A DNA stretch of 64,000 nucleotides, taken from positions 682,001-746,000 of the forward strand of contig CM061246.1 of the NCBI GenBank assembly GCA_022605425.2, given 5' to 3'. Positions 13,968-26,183 of the stretch are shown here, one piece after another. Under the pieces are notes generated by a model. That model did no database searches. It worked only from the letters and a program-made list of their open reading frames with translations, and was not told the DNA's origin. Position 1 is the first letter of the stretch, and each line of letters starts with the position of its first letter. The translations under genes were made by a program, and so were the position numbers. The DNA comes from Hamiltosporidium tvaerminnensis FI-OER-3-3 (lineage: Eukaryota > Fungi > Microsporidia).

Positions 13968-14203
13968 ATTTTTTCATTAGAAATTTGGTTTTTTCATAAA
14001 ATTTTTTCTAGTAGACCTCGCATATTTTTTCATAGACGTTTTTTCATTAGAAATTTGGTTTTTTCATAAAATTTTTTCTAGTAGACCTCGCATATTTTTT
14101 CATAGCGTTTTTTCATTAGAAATTTGGTTTTTTCATAAAATTTTTTCTAGTAGACCTCGCATTTTTTTCTTAGCGTTTTTTCAATAGAAATTTGGTTTTT
14201 TTA
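13968..14203. repeat. ~69-bp tandem repeat, about 3.4 copies
   Basis: cattagaaatttggttttttcataaaattttttctagtagacctcgcat at ~13975, 14045, 14114, plus a partial copy at ~14182. Confidence 0.95.
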
Positions 14204-14414
14204 CAAAATTGATCTCTATAGGAAATCGTGATTGGTAATTAAATTTTAATTAATTGGTTGCTTTTGTGTAAATCTAGAGGATTTGTGTTTTTTTTAGAGT
14301 TTTTAATAATTGGATAACAATATGTGTATATAACTAATAGAAACCTGTTTTTTAATTTGGGTGAAAGAAAAAAAAGTTTGGTAGCAAAAAAACCAAAAAA
14401 TAATAAAATTAAGG

Positions 14415-17400
14415 TTGCAAACGACGGTGATGAGGTGCATAATAGTGAAAAATGGTGTAAAATTCCGAGTAACACATATAGGCGAATTATCTACCTTCCT
14501 CCTTATATAGAAAAATAAAACGTCCATAAACAGTCTAAACAAGCAATAACACGCAAAATAGTTGGCTTGTCTCCCTAACTTCGCCTAATACACGACCTTG
14601 ATTTTCAGTTGAATCTCTGCGTGTGAGAAATTATACGAAGTGAACGAACTTTGTATTCTAGCTATTCCGGAAGGTAACAAGCTAATGAAATTGAGAACCA
14701 TATTCGATTCCGTAACAGCCGACTCGAAGGAATGGCCTCGAATTGTTTTTTTTGCAGTACAGACAAGGTTTGAAAGAATGCCAAGAAATGGCTGGACAGA
14801 GCTTCACAGGTACTATAATGAGAAATTCGGATGCACTGAAACTCTCGAAGTGTTAAAAAAATTGGCACAAAGTGAGATTGGAAGGGATGTAATATCAGAA
14901 GAGAATGGAGAGCGACGTAGAATCGCCACTTGTCTCATTGATACATGCAAGCAAACCGACATTACGGAGTACATTAAACCTGAGAGATAAATTTTCGAGT
15001 AAAATTAAAGAAATCTCGGAGAAGAAAATTGAAAAGGTGGTGGTACAAACTCGAAAACATCCAACTTAAATGGTTGAAATTAAAGTTTTGGACCTCATTA
15101 ATCGAGTAGTCGGTGAATATGCCAAAGCTCATGTACCTGAGTCAATTACGGAAGCCGAGTATATAATGCAAGCTGCGCAGGTATGATATGACGAGGCAAC
15201 ACGTAAAGAAAAGCCTAGATCCGCTTGGACGGAAAACATAGAAAGTAAAATTTCTAAGTTAGTACTTTCCAAAAATCTCCTCGAGAAGGCTCGTAAGCAA
15301 GAAAAGCTCTCCACTTCGGAAACGAAGAGCCTTAAGAAAATCATGCGAGAGTTTAATTTAAACTTGAGCAGTGTAACTGATCTTTCTGAGGCTATCGTTA
15401 AGAAGAATGAGTCTCTAAATGTTTATGAGAAAAAAATTACGATGTATGAGAGTAGGAAGATGTTCCGAAAAAAGAGTCGTATGTTTGAACGTTTCCGAGG
15501 TCGATTTCATCGAGGGTCATCCGAGCATGTGGTTAGTCGTGATGAAATTGTGAGTTTTTGGTCTACAATGTGGAACAAAAATAATGACACGGTCACGTAC
15601 GATGATTATTTGATTCCATTTGTATCAGATAATCATCCGACCACGTTTCCTTCACTTGATGAATTTGTGAATATCATTAATTGGCTCCCTAATTGGAGAA
15701 CTGCTGGAATTGATGGTATTTACAATTTTTTCATTAAGAAACTTACAACTCTTCACAAATATCTTTATGATATTGTGAAAGTTATATGTTTAGAAGGAAC
15801 ACCTCAAGCTCATTGGTTTTACTGCGGGCTTACAAATTTGATATACAAAGGAATTCCACAAAGAGGCTCTGAGAATAGGCCAATCACTTGTATGTCCAAC
15901 CTCTACAAGTTAACGACAAAGTGTGTAACAAAAGTCGTTCAACTTGAAGTGGAAAAGCGAGGGTTGCTTGCAGAGAACCAATTAGGGGCGGTAAGAGGTG
16001 TGCAGGGAGCGAAAGAGCAGGCTCTACTGAATATTGCCCTAAATAAAGGGTACGGAAACAATCTTAAGGCAACATGGATTGATGTTAAAAAAGCTTATGA
16101 TTCAATAGATCATGCTTATTTAACTCAATGCATTGAAAACCTTAATTTACCTGATTGGATCCTGAAATTTATTAAGGTAATTATATCAAAATGGAAAATT
16201 GATATATCAGTAGGGCCTGAAAAAATCATGAGCAAGAAGATTCAGAGAGGGATTCTTCAAGGAGATAGTTTGTCACCATTGTTATTTGTGTTGTGTATGG
16301 ATCCATTAAGCCGAAAGCTAAATGAAAAATACACAAAAAGGACAGTACAAACAGATGCAGCATCCCATTCTACTAATCATCTCTTGTTTATTGATGATCT
16401 AAAGCTCCTTGCTAAAGACAGTTCGACATTGAGTGCTATGACAGGCGAGGCAAAAGAATTTTTAGAAGTGATTGGCTTAGAGATTAACAAAGAGAAGTCA
16501 GCCACAAATGATACGTGTTGTGAAGATACTGCTACTTTTCTAGAAGGTGTTAGTGTTTACAAATATTTAGGAATAATAGAAGATAGCAGAGGAATCCCAA
16601 CACGTAGCTCATTTGAAGAAGTACAGAGCAAACTTATATCAAGAGTTGAAAGACTTTGTCACACTAGATTAAACGCAAAAAATTTATTTTCTGCAATCAA
16701 TCAACATGCGATATCGTTAATCAACTATCACATAGGAGTACTTCGACTTGAACCGGCTGACTTCTCAAGGTTAGATGATGCAGTGCGTGCTGTGTTGGTA
16801 ATGAATAAGATACATTTTCGCTCAGATTCTAAAGAGCGTTTGTACCTTTCTAGAGCAGAGCTTGGAAGAGGCCTACATAGTTATGAGTTGCGAAACGAAC
16901 ATACGCTTCTGCAACTCTTGGATTGTCTGGAAAAAAGTAAAGAAATATCAACTAGACGAGCAGCAATCCTCAAGGTGGAAAATAATAATAAAACCCATCT
17001 TGAACTAATAAAAGGCTTCTTGAAAGTAAAGTAAAGGTTGGTAGAAGAAGTCACTAAGAAAAGTTTAGAAGAAGTTCAACTTGCAAAACTATATAACGAA
17101 ATAGAAAAACGAAAACTCCATTCAAAGTTATATAATGCAAGAAAAAATGAGCTTGTGAGTGTTAGTGACTCTTCAAGATGGCTAAAGAGAGGAAATATTA
17201 GGCCACGAAATGAAGCTGTGTTCTGCTATATCCAGGATAGAAATGTATTCTGGGGAGCAGATGGTGTGTGTCAACATTGCGGGAAGTCTGGTAAGACTGT
17301 AGATCATCTAGCAACTCGATGTGAAAAAATGCTAGGCCATGACTACACCAGACGGCATAATGAAGTGGTTAGATGCCTACACTTACTTCTCTTAAATAGA

Positions 17401-18147
17401 TATAAGTTTAAGTCCTCAAAACGAATAAGGAGTCACTCAGTTCAAGAAATTCTTGATTATGAGTATGCAGAGATAAGAGTGGACACCAGAATTAAAACTG
17501 ATGTTAAAATTCGGAATAATAGACGCGACATATTTATTTTAGATAAGAAGAAGAATAAGATAACCCTCATTAAAGTAGGAATCACTTCCCAAGATTCACT
17601 TCAAATAGTTGAAACTGAAAAACTTAGGAAGTATGATCTGCTAGCCAATTATTTGGGTCTTAATTATAAGTGAAGTGTTGAGATAATCCCTTATTTGCTG
17701 ATCTGGGACGGTATTATGACAAAATACCATAAATCTCATCTTAAAAGACTAGAAATACCCATGAATGTAGAGGCATACATTCAGTCTATAGTACTTAAGA
17801 AGACAGTCGAAACAATTTCCTTTGATCGACGAAGAGGACTTGAGTCAGGACTAAATGCCGAAGAGAGCTGGGGGAGAGCGTCAATGTGTGTTATTATGAG
17901 ATCAGAGATGCATGAGGAACCAACACCTCCTTTAAAAGGAGAGAAGAGAGAGAAAGATGGTGCAAAAAATTTTAACCCGAAAAATAAAGCACCCCATATT
18001 TCACAAGGAGGAACCACTTTAGAGGAACCGACCAATAACATAAATAAAGAGTCGGATTTGGAAGAAGAGACAAAAGTGGTTAAAGAGGTAGAAGAAAACA
18101 TATAAAAATGTTAAAAATATTTTAACCCAGAATTTCATTAAATAAAA
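14415..18147 (+). mobile_element. non-LTR retrotransposon with restriction-like endonuclease (R4/Dong-like), near full length, disrupted; 5' boundary approximate
   Basis: RT motifs (RPITC, WIDVKKAYDS, QGDSLSP, FIDD, YKYLG), CCHC knuckle CQHC..DHLATRC, RHN, RLE region and KLRKY. Broken by stops (14990, 17034, 17673); PD..E is mutated to RD..K in this copy. Ends aacccagaatttcattaaataaa. Confidence 0.92.
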
Positions 18148-18789
18148 TAGAAGTATATATTAAGGTAATTTATTCTAACAAATTGACAATTAAAATATTT
18201 AAATAATTATTCAAAGTATTAGAAATTTGCTTATAATTTCGATAAAATATATTTTAAACTAATTTATAGACATTTTTATTATATTTACAGAATTTAAAGA
18301 ATGTACAGAAATTAGAATAAAATTTTGAATTAAATTTTAAGGAATTTATAGAGATTTTGACTAAAAATTTGTTTCGAACTGTGTAAAAACGTTATTTATT
18401 TACCTTGAAATTATAACTTTTAGTTTTACTTTAAAAGTTTTAAATCAAAAAATTTTACTTTTTTTTTATATTTTGACATCTTTATAGAAATAATATGATG
18501 AAAAAACATTTGTAAAATCTTTTCTAGATTCTTTACTTAAAATTCTGTAAGAATAATGCAATAAGTTAAACAAAAATACGTTTAAAAATTATTTTTTCTT
18601 TCTTTATTTACATTTTGTTAAAATAATAAAATTTATTCCTCGATTAAATACTTCTAAAAACACTTCTATGGTAAATTTAAATATAAAAATCTTTTTATTT
18701 TTCTTATTTTTGTTAATTTGTTGTAAATGTGTAAATAAAGAAAAGTAAGAAAATATTTAAATAGTTGAAGTGTATATGAAAGTACCCAT

Positions 18790-20052
18790 ATGGCTAAATA
18801 TTTGACACGACCATCAGTGGCTGTTTCTAACAACTATTCTGATAATAAGAACAATGACTTGATACTTTCTGAAGGTGACATAATATCTACATCAGAATCT
18901 AAGAGATTTGTAGTTTTATCTCTTTTAGGAACCGGGACTTTTGGCCAGGTAGTAAAATGTAGAGATAGTGTACGGAATGAAGATGTAGCAATAAAAATAA
19001 TAAAAAACGATAGAGCGTATTACAAACACGGTATTTCTGAAGTACGATTGCTTTCAAAATTATTGGAACGAAATGTGATGGAATTTTTTGTAGAAATGAA
19101 AGATGCATTTATTTATAAAAACCATCTCTGTATTGTCGAAGAAATACTTGGAATAAACCTTTATCAGTTGTTAAAATATTCAAATTTTAAAGGATTTAAC
19201 CATCAAAATACTAAAAAAATGCTTGTACAGATTTTAGAAGGAATATCTATTTTACATTCGATGGGAGTTACACATTGTGACTTGAAACCTGAAAATATAT
19301 TGGTATTGGATATGCTTGATCTACGAGTAAAAATTATTGATTTTGGATCAGCTTTCAGTGAGCAGCAAACAACTTATTTCTATGTTCAGTCAAGATATTA
19401 CAGAGCACCCGAGGTTATATTAGGAATACCATACAATTCTAGTATCGATATTTGGTCATTTGGGTGTTTGGCATATGAACTTTTTACAGGGCATCCTTTA
19501 TTCTCTGGTAAAGACAATGTAGATCAAATTGGAAAAATAGTTGCATTGCTTGGATATCCACCTGTTTTTATGTTGGAACACGGTAAACACGTAGATAAAT
19601 ATTTTAAAAATATTTCAAATTCAACAGAAATTTGTAATAAAGTAAATGAAAGGAAAGAAAACGAACAGATTTTATTCAAAACAACTAAAAAAGAATTTAC
19701 TTTGATCAAAAATGTAACTCATCTAACTTTTTCAGACGTAAAAAATGAAATATTTTTAAAATCTGAAGGAGACGAAATAAATACAAATTTTTTTATAAGA
19801 TTTTTGTTACAGTGTCTCACTCTTAATCCACTAGAAAGACCAACTGCCTTTGAAATAAGAAAAGATCAATATATTCAATATGATCCTTCCTTTGAAACCG
19901 ATGAAAGTGATAGATGTGTACAACCAAGTCCTCTTCCTTTTGATATCGATATGCGTAGAAATTCTATCAATGATGTTTTCACTCTTTTAAATACTAAAAA
20001 AAATAAAGATACAAGAAAAAGATCGGTTTATGAATTACCAAAGAAACACTAA
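18790..20052 (+). CDS. YAK1: DYRK-family dual-specificity protein kinase, Yak1-like
   Basis: LGTGTFGQVVKC, VAIK, HCDLKPENIL, IIDFGSA, activation loop YFYVQSRYYRAPEVILGIPY; cccat precedes ATG. Confidence 0.88.
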   Translation: MAKYLTRPSVAVSNNYSDNKNNDLILSEGDIISTSESKRFVVLSLLGTGTFGQVVKCRDSVRNEDVAIKIIKNDRAYYKHGISEVRLLSKLLERNVMEFFVEMKDAFIYKNHLCIVEEILGINLYQLLKYSNFKGFNHQNTKKMLVQILEGISILHSMGVTHCDLKPENILVLDMLDLRVKIIDFGSAFSEQQTTYFYVQSRYYRAPEVILGIPYNSSIDIWSFGCLAYELFTGHPLFSGKDNVDQIGKIVALLGYPPVFMLEHGKHVDKYFKNISNSTEICNKVNERKENEQILFKTTKKEFTLIKNVTHLTFSDVKNEIFLKSEGDEINTNFFIRFLLQCLTLNPLERPTAFEIRKDQYIQYDPSFETDESDRCVQPSPLPFDIDMRRNSINDVFTLLNTKKNKDTRKRSVYELPKKH

Positions 20053-20164
20053 TTTTAATAAAAATGTAATAAGTTTTAGAAAATTTGTGTTTTTTTATGT
20101 ATTCTAATGTCACTATGAAAATGTTTTATTATTCTGTTAGTATTAGAATTCAATTCTTCAGACA

Positions 20165-20340
20165 ATTCTATATTTTATTCTTATATTCTCTGTAAAAACA
20201 TAATTTTATAAAATAATTTTTTGAAGCAATAAATTTGTCTAAAATTCTATATTTCATTCTTGTATTCTCTGTAAAAACATAATTTTATAAAATAATTTTT
20301 TGAAGCAATAAATTTGTCTTAAATTCTATATTTCATTCTA
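20165..20340. repeat. 79-bp tandem duplication downstream of the kinase
   Basis: tgtaaaaacataattttataaaataattttttgaagcaataaatttgtc at 20191 and 20270. Confidence 0.93.
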
Positions 20341-21734
20341 ATTTTCTCATATCAGTAAGTAAAAAAACTTTTTGATAGAAATAAATTTATTACAAAATTA
20401 TATTTTACACTTCGAAGAAATTTAGTTTGAAATTTGAATCTAAAAAAAATGTAAATTGCTATTTTTGTTAAATTAACTAAATTTAAATTTTAATTTAATT
20501 AATACAAATTTGCATAGAAATATCTTAAAATTTAATTTTTTTTTTCTTTATTTCTTTATTTATAATTACTTATTCCATTCCTCTTTTACCTTTTGGTATC
20601 AAGTATAAACAAATGAAAATTTACCATAGGTTTCTTTTAATCAATTGTAACTTGGGAGTATAGGGGATTGGCCTACAAATCCAGTGTATTTTATATTCCA
20701 CCATTTCTTTATTTATACTATTTTATTGTATAAATATTTATGTATTTTTCAGTTTGAATTCTATTCATATTTGGTAATTCTAACTTATACAAACAAATGT
20801 ATTAAAACTAAAAAAAAAATATTTTTTTCCTCATATTTACTTACGCAGTAAATATATGATCGTTTCAAATATTTATATTTACTGAGTTGTATAAAATATT
20901 TTTTGCGTACAAAAAAAATGGTTTCGACTGTCTTTTAAAGTACATCAATAAAATTTAAAATTTTATCATTACTTGAATATTTTTATGATGAATATTTTAA
21001 TATTTAATGAGAATAATATCCTATGTTATTAAAAACTTAGAATTAATTATTTAAATCGATTTAAAGTTTGACTGAAGGTAAAATTACAATCAAACATAAT
21101 ATTAATTTAAAGTACTATTATTTCAATTATTTTTTTTATTCTAATCTATTATGTAAGTATTATAATTTTGAAATTGATCCAAATTAATATTTTTACCAAA
21201 TATATTCAATTAAATTTTGTATTTTTTTTACGGTTTATATTTATACTTTATAGTGAGATTCAAAATAAAATTCTTTTTATGGTGGCGTATATCTTTTGAT
21301 TAAATAATTTTTATTAAAATGATAAATTTAATAAAAATTTTGAAAAAGATAGAAAATTTTGAATTCTTTATAATTATGAATGTATAGTTTCTAAAATACA
21401 AAAGGAGTTTAAATTTTAGTTTATTTTCTTATTTTTGAAAGATAATTTACCAATAAATAAATATGATATTTCATATAAATCATAAGCTAAAAAAAATATG
21501 TGTTTTTTTGCTTTCCAATGAGAATTTACAAATAATCAGACATTTCTTATAATTTTACAGTTAAATATGTAATTCTTATTTCTTTTATTGTTTTATTAAA
21601 TCAAAGCACTTTTTTTCTAAGTAAAAAAGTTTTATTATAGGTCTAAGGTATTTAAATTGGTAAATGATGAGTTTTTTGAATTCTAATTATTTTCTAATTG
21701 TATTTCTTATTCTATAATTGAAAAGAAAAAAAAA

Positions 21735-22250
21735 TCAATTTTTTTTATATTCTTCATTAATATATGTCCATTCATCTGAAAATAATTGTAAAAAATTATT
21801 CGGATCTTTCATTTCAGATAGAAAAGAATCAGAAAATAAATTGAGAATTTCATTTTCATCAAAATTATTTTTTTGTAAAGAAATATTGATTTTTTGGTGA
21901 AATTCACTATTAAAAGATTCCACCGTTTCACCTTTATGTTCATTTTCATCAAATATATTTTCGTTTTTTACATTTTTTACGGAAAGTAAAAAATAATCTT
22001 TACATTTAATCAATATTTGGTCTTCTGGCTTTATACCAGTTAATTCTTGTAGCTCTTTTTTTATAAATAAAACATCTGTAAACTCCTTGGAATCTGAAAA
22101 TGTAATGTTTGATTGTTGTGTGTCATAAAATGTGTTTGTATTTTCTTCGTTTGGTGAATTTGTTGAAATATTTTTTTTATCCGTTTTTACTAAATCTTTG
22201 GCAAAATAATATTCTTCTCCGTTTATTCTCTTAACGAGTATTTTGCCCAT
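21735..22250 (-). CDS. 171-aa protein with a divergent N-terminal ubiquitin-like domain
   Basis: KILVKRINGE...VLFIKKELQELTGIKPEDQILI resembles ubiquitin-fold motifs (IFVKTLxG...VKxKIQxxxGIPPxQQRLI), with a low-complexity insertion between them. Confidence 0.55.
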   Translation of the reverse strand: MGKILVKRINGEEYYFAKDLVKTDKKNISTNSPNEENTNTFYDTQQSNITFSDSKEFTDVLFIKKELQELTGIKPEDQILIKCKDYFLLSVKNVKNENIFDENEHKGETVESFNSEFHQKINISLQKNNFDENEILNLFSDSFLSEMKDPNNFLQLFSDEWTYINEEYKKN

Positions 22251-22314
22251 GAAAGATTGTGTTGAAAAATTAATTTTATTTAAAACAATTTATTCTTTTA
22301 AAGGATATTCACCC

Positions 22315-23223
22315 ATGAAAGATCGTATAAGAAAATCTTTATTGCCGCAGACAAATAACGATTATATTGATGAAGAATATTTAATTGGAAGGATTAATGA
22401 ACATCTTATGATTCCAAATACTTTTTATAGAAAAACATTACTTATAACCACAAAACGATACAACTTTAAAGGATGTCCGTTGGATGCAGAAAAAAGCAAT
22501 AAAACCTCTGAGATATCGCTGAAATCAAAAGAAACAGTTGGTTTTAGTTACGAAGGAAAGATTTTTCAAAACAAAGCAGCAATTATGGAATTTTCTATTT
22601 CAGAAGATATCTCTTTCTGTCAAATCTATCAAAAAATAAAAGAATTGGGTTATACGAATGTACCGGACATACAAAATCTAACTCTCTTTAAAAATATTGA
22701 ACCTCCGTTTTTCAGCAGCAGGAATTACGTGTATTTGGAAAAAAACAATTCGTTTTTAAAAAATTATGATAAAGAAAATTGGTTCAAGGAAAATAATTTA
22801 AATTCTTTTAATCATCAATATCAGTCTAATGAAGTAAATTATTTTAAAAATAAAGATCAAAATATTGAAGATTCGACCAAACGAATACTTAAATTTTTTG
22901 ATTGGAATACACCACTTCGTCTTGCCGGTTTGTATATTTATTCAGAGATATTATGTGTTGATAAGAATTTTATGTTAAAATTTAGATTTGAACGAATTAA
23001 CGGTTCGTTCGATATTAAAAAGAATTTTGTATTTTATAAACTTCCTTCTAAAAAACTTGTTTGTAGAATTTGTGAACGAAATTTGGCGGATATAAAAGTA
23101 TTGGATGATCCAATTCTTCCAGAAAATCAAAAAATTATTTGTAAAAATTGTTTTGAAGCTATTTATGTTGATAATAATGGCGATTTAAGATATCCAGATA
23201 TTATTATTTCTAAAATTGAATAA
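22315..23223 (+). CDS. SNAPC3: snRNA-activating protein complex subunit 3 (SNAP50); alternative in-frame ATG at 22249
   Basis: C-terminal CRIC..A....DD..LPE....CKNCF..Y.D.NG matches the SNAP50 C-terminal zinc finger; ATG preceded by CCC. Confidence 0.75.
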   Translation: MKDRIRKSLLPQTNNDYIDEEYLIGRINEHLMIPNTFYRKTLLITTKRYNFKGCPLDAEKSNKTSEISLKSKETVGFSYEGKIFQNKAAIMEFSISEDISFCQIYQKIKELGYTNVPDIQNLTLFKNIEPPFFSSRNYVYLEKNNSFLKNYDKENWFKENNLNSFNHQYQSNEVNYFKNKDQNIEDSTKRILKFFDWNTPLRLAGLYIYSEILCVDKNFMLKFRFERINGSFDIKKNFVFYKLPSKKLVCRICERNLADIKVLDDPILPENQKIICKNCFEAIYVDNNGDLRYPDIIISKIE

Positions 23224-24664
23224 TTAATTAAAATTTGTATTTTCATATAAATTATATTTTGTATTTTGTAATTTGCTTTTTTTTGTAAATAAAAGTGGTT
23301 AGTTTAAATAAATTGTATTTTGTATCTAATCATTCTTATTTTAATGTGGAAAATTGTTTGTCTGCTTTATAAATTATATTTCGTCTCTATTTATTCTTAT
23401 TATAGCAAATCATTTATATTTCTTATAATTTATTTATCTGTTTTTTTTATTAATTTGCAATTAATATAAATAATCGTTCAGCTTCCAGATGCATTTACTA
23501 TTTTCTTGTAATTATTCCTATTTTCTTAAAAATAATCATCTGTCTTACTTATAAATTATTATTACTTCCATATATTTTTTTAATTTATCTAATAAAATCT
23601 TTAAATAATATTTTTTTTTCTAAAGATTGAATCTAAGATTAGAAATCGGCCAATGACCTCGTAGGAATCCAATTATTTCACATTCAACAAAAAAAATTAA
23701 AAAAATATAAATTATCTTCTTTCATTTAGATATCCAAGCTAAATTTTTTAATCTTTTAAATTATACTTTTAAGAACGAATCGGTTTCATTTTATTGTATT
23801 TTAGTAGTCTTGCATATACAATTTTTTAGCCGTCATTGCGTTAGTTTCTAATAAAAAACCAGGGTCTTTATAAATCTGCATATATCTATTCTTTTAAACC
23901 ACTATTTTTTAGCTCGGCTTCTTATTGTTTTATTTTTATGAGTTAGGTTTATTATATATTATCTCATTTTATTCCTAATTTTATTGGGTTTTGATTATTT
24001 AGGCGTTTATTTTGGCGATATTTCGTATCGATTAATTCATTGGTTGTTTAATATTTTAATTATTTTATGTAAAATCTTTAAAATAGTTAATCTTGCTTAC
24101 TGATGTTGTTATTAAGTACAATTTTTTAAGCAGTAATTACATTTAGAATACAAAAAAATATTAGAAATGGCTGTTTAATATTTATTCTATTATAACATTG
24201 TATATGTTTAAGGAAAACAACTTAAAATAATATCCGAAGAAAGTGGTTTTAATTTAATCTTACTTTTAAAAACCAAAATACATGAATATTAAGTCTATTC
24301 TTGCAATGCAAAACCGCCTAGAAAAGTTTTTTTAACAATGGTAGTACAAACAATTATAGAACCAATTAAACTTTTAAGTGTTTCTATTGATTTATCCACA
24401 TTATTATTGGTTGTTTAATATTTATTAACAAATCATAAGAACAATGTTTTTAATCAAAATACCATTAAGTCTTACGTTTTTCAGACCAAATAAGCATTTC
24501 AACATGAATCGTAGTATCTTACTCATTTTATTCGAGCGTATAATTACCAGAGGTCTAATACACCTCGTTTTAGTCTTTTTTCTTGGAAAATAAATTTTTA
24601 TCAGAAATAGATAATAAATTATAATAATAATGCAAAGTTTAAATCCGAATTTTATACATTTTAA

Positions 24665-25393
24665 TTTATTTAAAAATATCACATCTTTTTTAAAATAGTG
24701 GCAAGTGTTATATTTGTTTTCATGACATTAACGCTGTTCTAGATTTAACATACATAACTGCTACCCCAAAACTCCATCAGTAACCCCTGCGATACCTACG
24801 TCCCAAAGCCTTTCATCTAAAAGGTGTGTAGAACCTAATTACTAGGCGAGGCAGTTGCCCCGAGTTCGTTAATGTCCGTTGCATGGAGTGTGATCGAAGG
24901 CCGAAGCCCCCCCGGGCTCCCCCAAAAACTATGCAGTATTCCCACTTACTCTACACTTTCTGAACCCAATAATTTTCTAGCTAAGATAAATTTCCGAGAT
25001 TTATATGGGGTCTACCTAGACAGTGCAACGTCATACCAACATGTATAACCTGCTACTTAGTTCTCCTGGCTTTAAATTGTTTTAATTTTTATATCTCCCA
25101 GGCGCTAAGTCTTCTAACCCAAATGAGCAAGGCTAGATTCCCATGCTTTTACATGGCAATTACCTACATGTTCAGCTGCGGTCTGCAATCTGGTTACATA
25201 AAAAACTACAAATAAATTTGTTGAAAAAGTTTCTTTATTCCTAAAACCTTCTCCTCCTCATAACAACTCCCATGGAACAACCAAAGATGTAGTGTGGTTT
25301 TATTCCCACCAAAACCCAAACAATGACCTCACACCAATTTCACACACTCATTACCAAGCAGAAAGTTTTTAATGTGATTATTCTCCCTTCACA
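24665..25393 (-). repeat. ~700-nt dispersed non-coding structured element, full-length young copy
   Basis: Highly similar end to end to 57595-58317; stops in all frames examined. Confidence 0.9.
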
Positions 25394-25431
25394 ACTCTAC
25401 AATCTATAAAATATATTTAACGATAATTACT

Positions 25432-25640
25432 GTGAATATTTTTTTGCATCAATTAAACGTTTAGAGGTGTTTGATGCACATCTTATATACACTATTATTT
25501 TTGTGTAAGATTTAAAAATACCATGATTCATATTCGCAATACAACTACTATTATTGTATTTTTTACTTTTTTTAACCAAATTAAACATTTTGAAGTGAGT
25601 CTTTGAAATATTACTAGATTATTTAAATTATTAATGTTAA
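25432..25640. repeat. ~200-bp dispersed AT-rich repeat (family 2)
   Basis: Shares caattaaac, ttgtgtaagattt, gattcatatt and gtgagt blocks with 38310-38520 and 48790-48995. Confidence 0.6.
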
Positions 25641-26183
25641 AGCTTCTATAATTATAGTGTGTAAAATACATAAATTAATTTTATAAATGTTTTCTTGACT
25701 TCTTTAATATTGATGATATCCTATCTCTTTAAAGCAATACACATTTGTTTAGATAACGAAATATTTTTCATGCTTGAATTTTGTGATTTCTATTAAAAGG
25801 AAACATGAACAATGAAAACCATCTAATATCTCTTTTAAGCATAATTTAGAAAATTAAATTATTCTAATTCTTTGGTTGATTCATTTATCACAAAAGTTTT
25901 CTTATGAATTGCAAAGTTATAAATTCTCACCATGAAGAATGTTTAAGTTATATAAACTAAGTATAGGAGAGAACTATCCATATGTATCTAAAGAATTTAT
26001 TCTTAATTTTAAAAAAAACTTTCCACGGTTCTTTAATGTTTTAATTAAGCTAAATATTTAAAAATATGTAATATGTGGCAAAATTATTTAATTTTGATTC
26101 TTTTTATAACCAATACATATCTTTTTATTCCATATATTTTAATAAAAAATAATTTAAATACATTTATATTTAAAGATTTAGAT

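Noticed and set aside
13968-14203. CRISPR-like array
   Set aside because: Whole units repeat with no unique spacers; eukaryotic context; no cas genes.
17781-18101. Antisense ORFs at the retrotransposon 3' end (also 26073-26552)
   Set aside because: Shadows of the Glu/Lys-rich sense frame.
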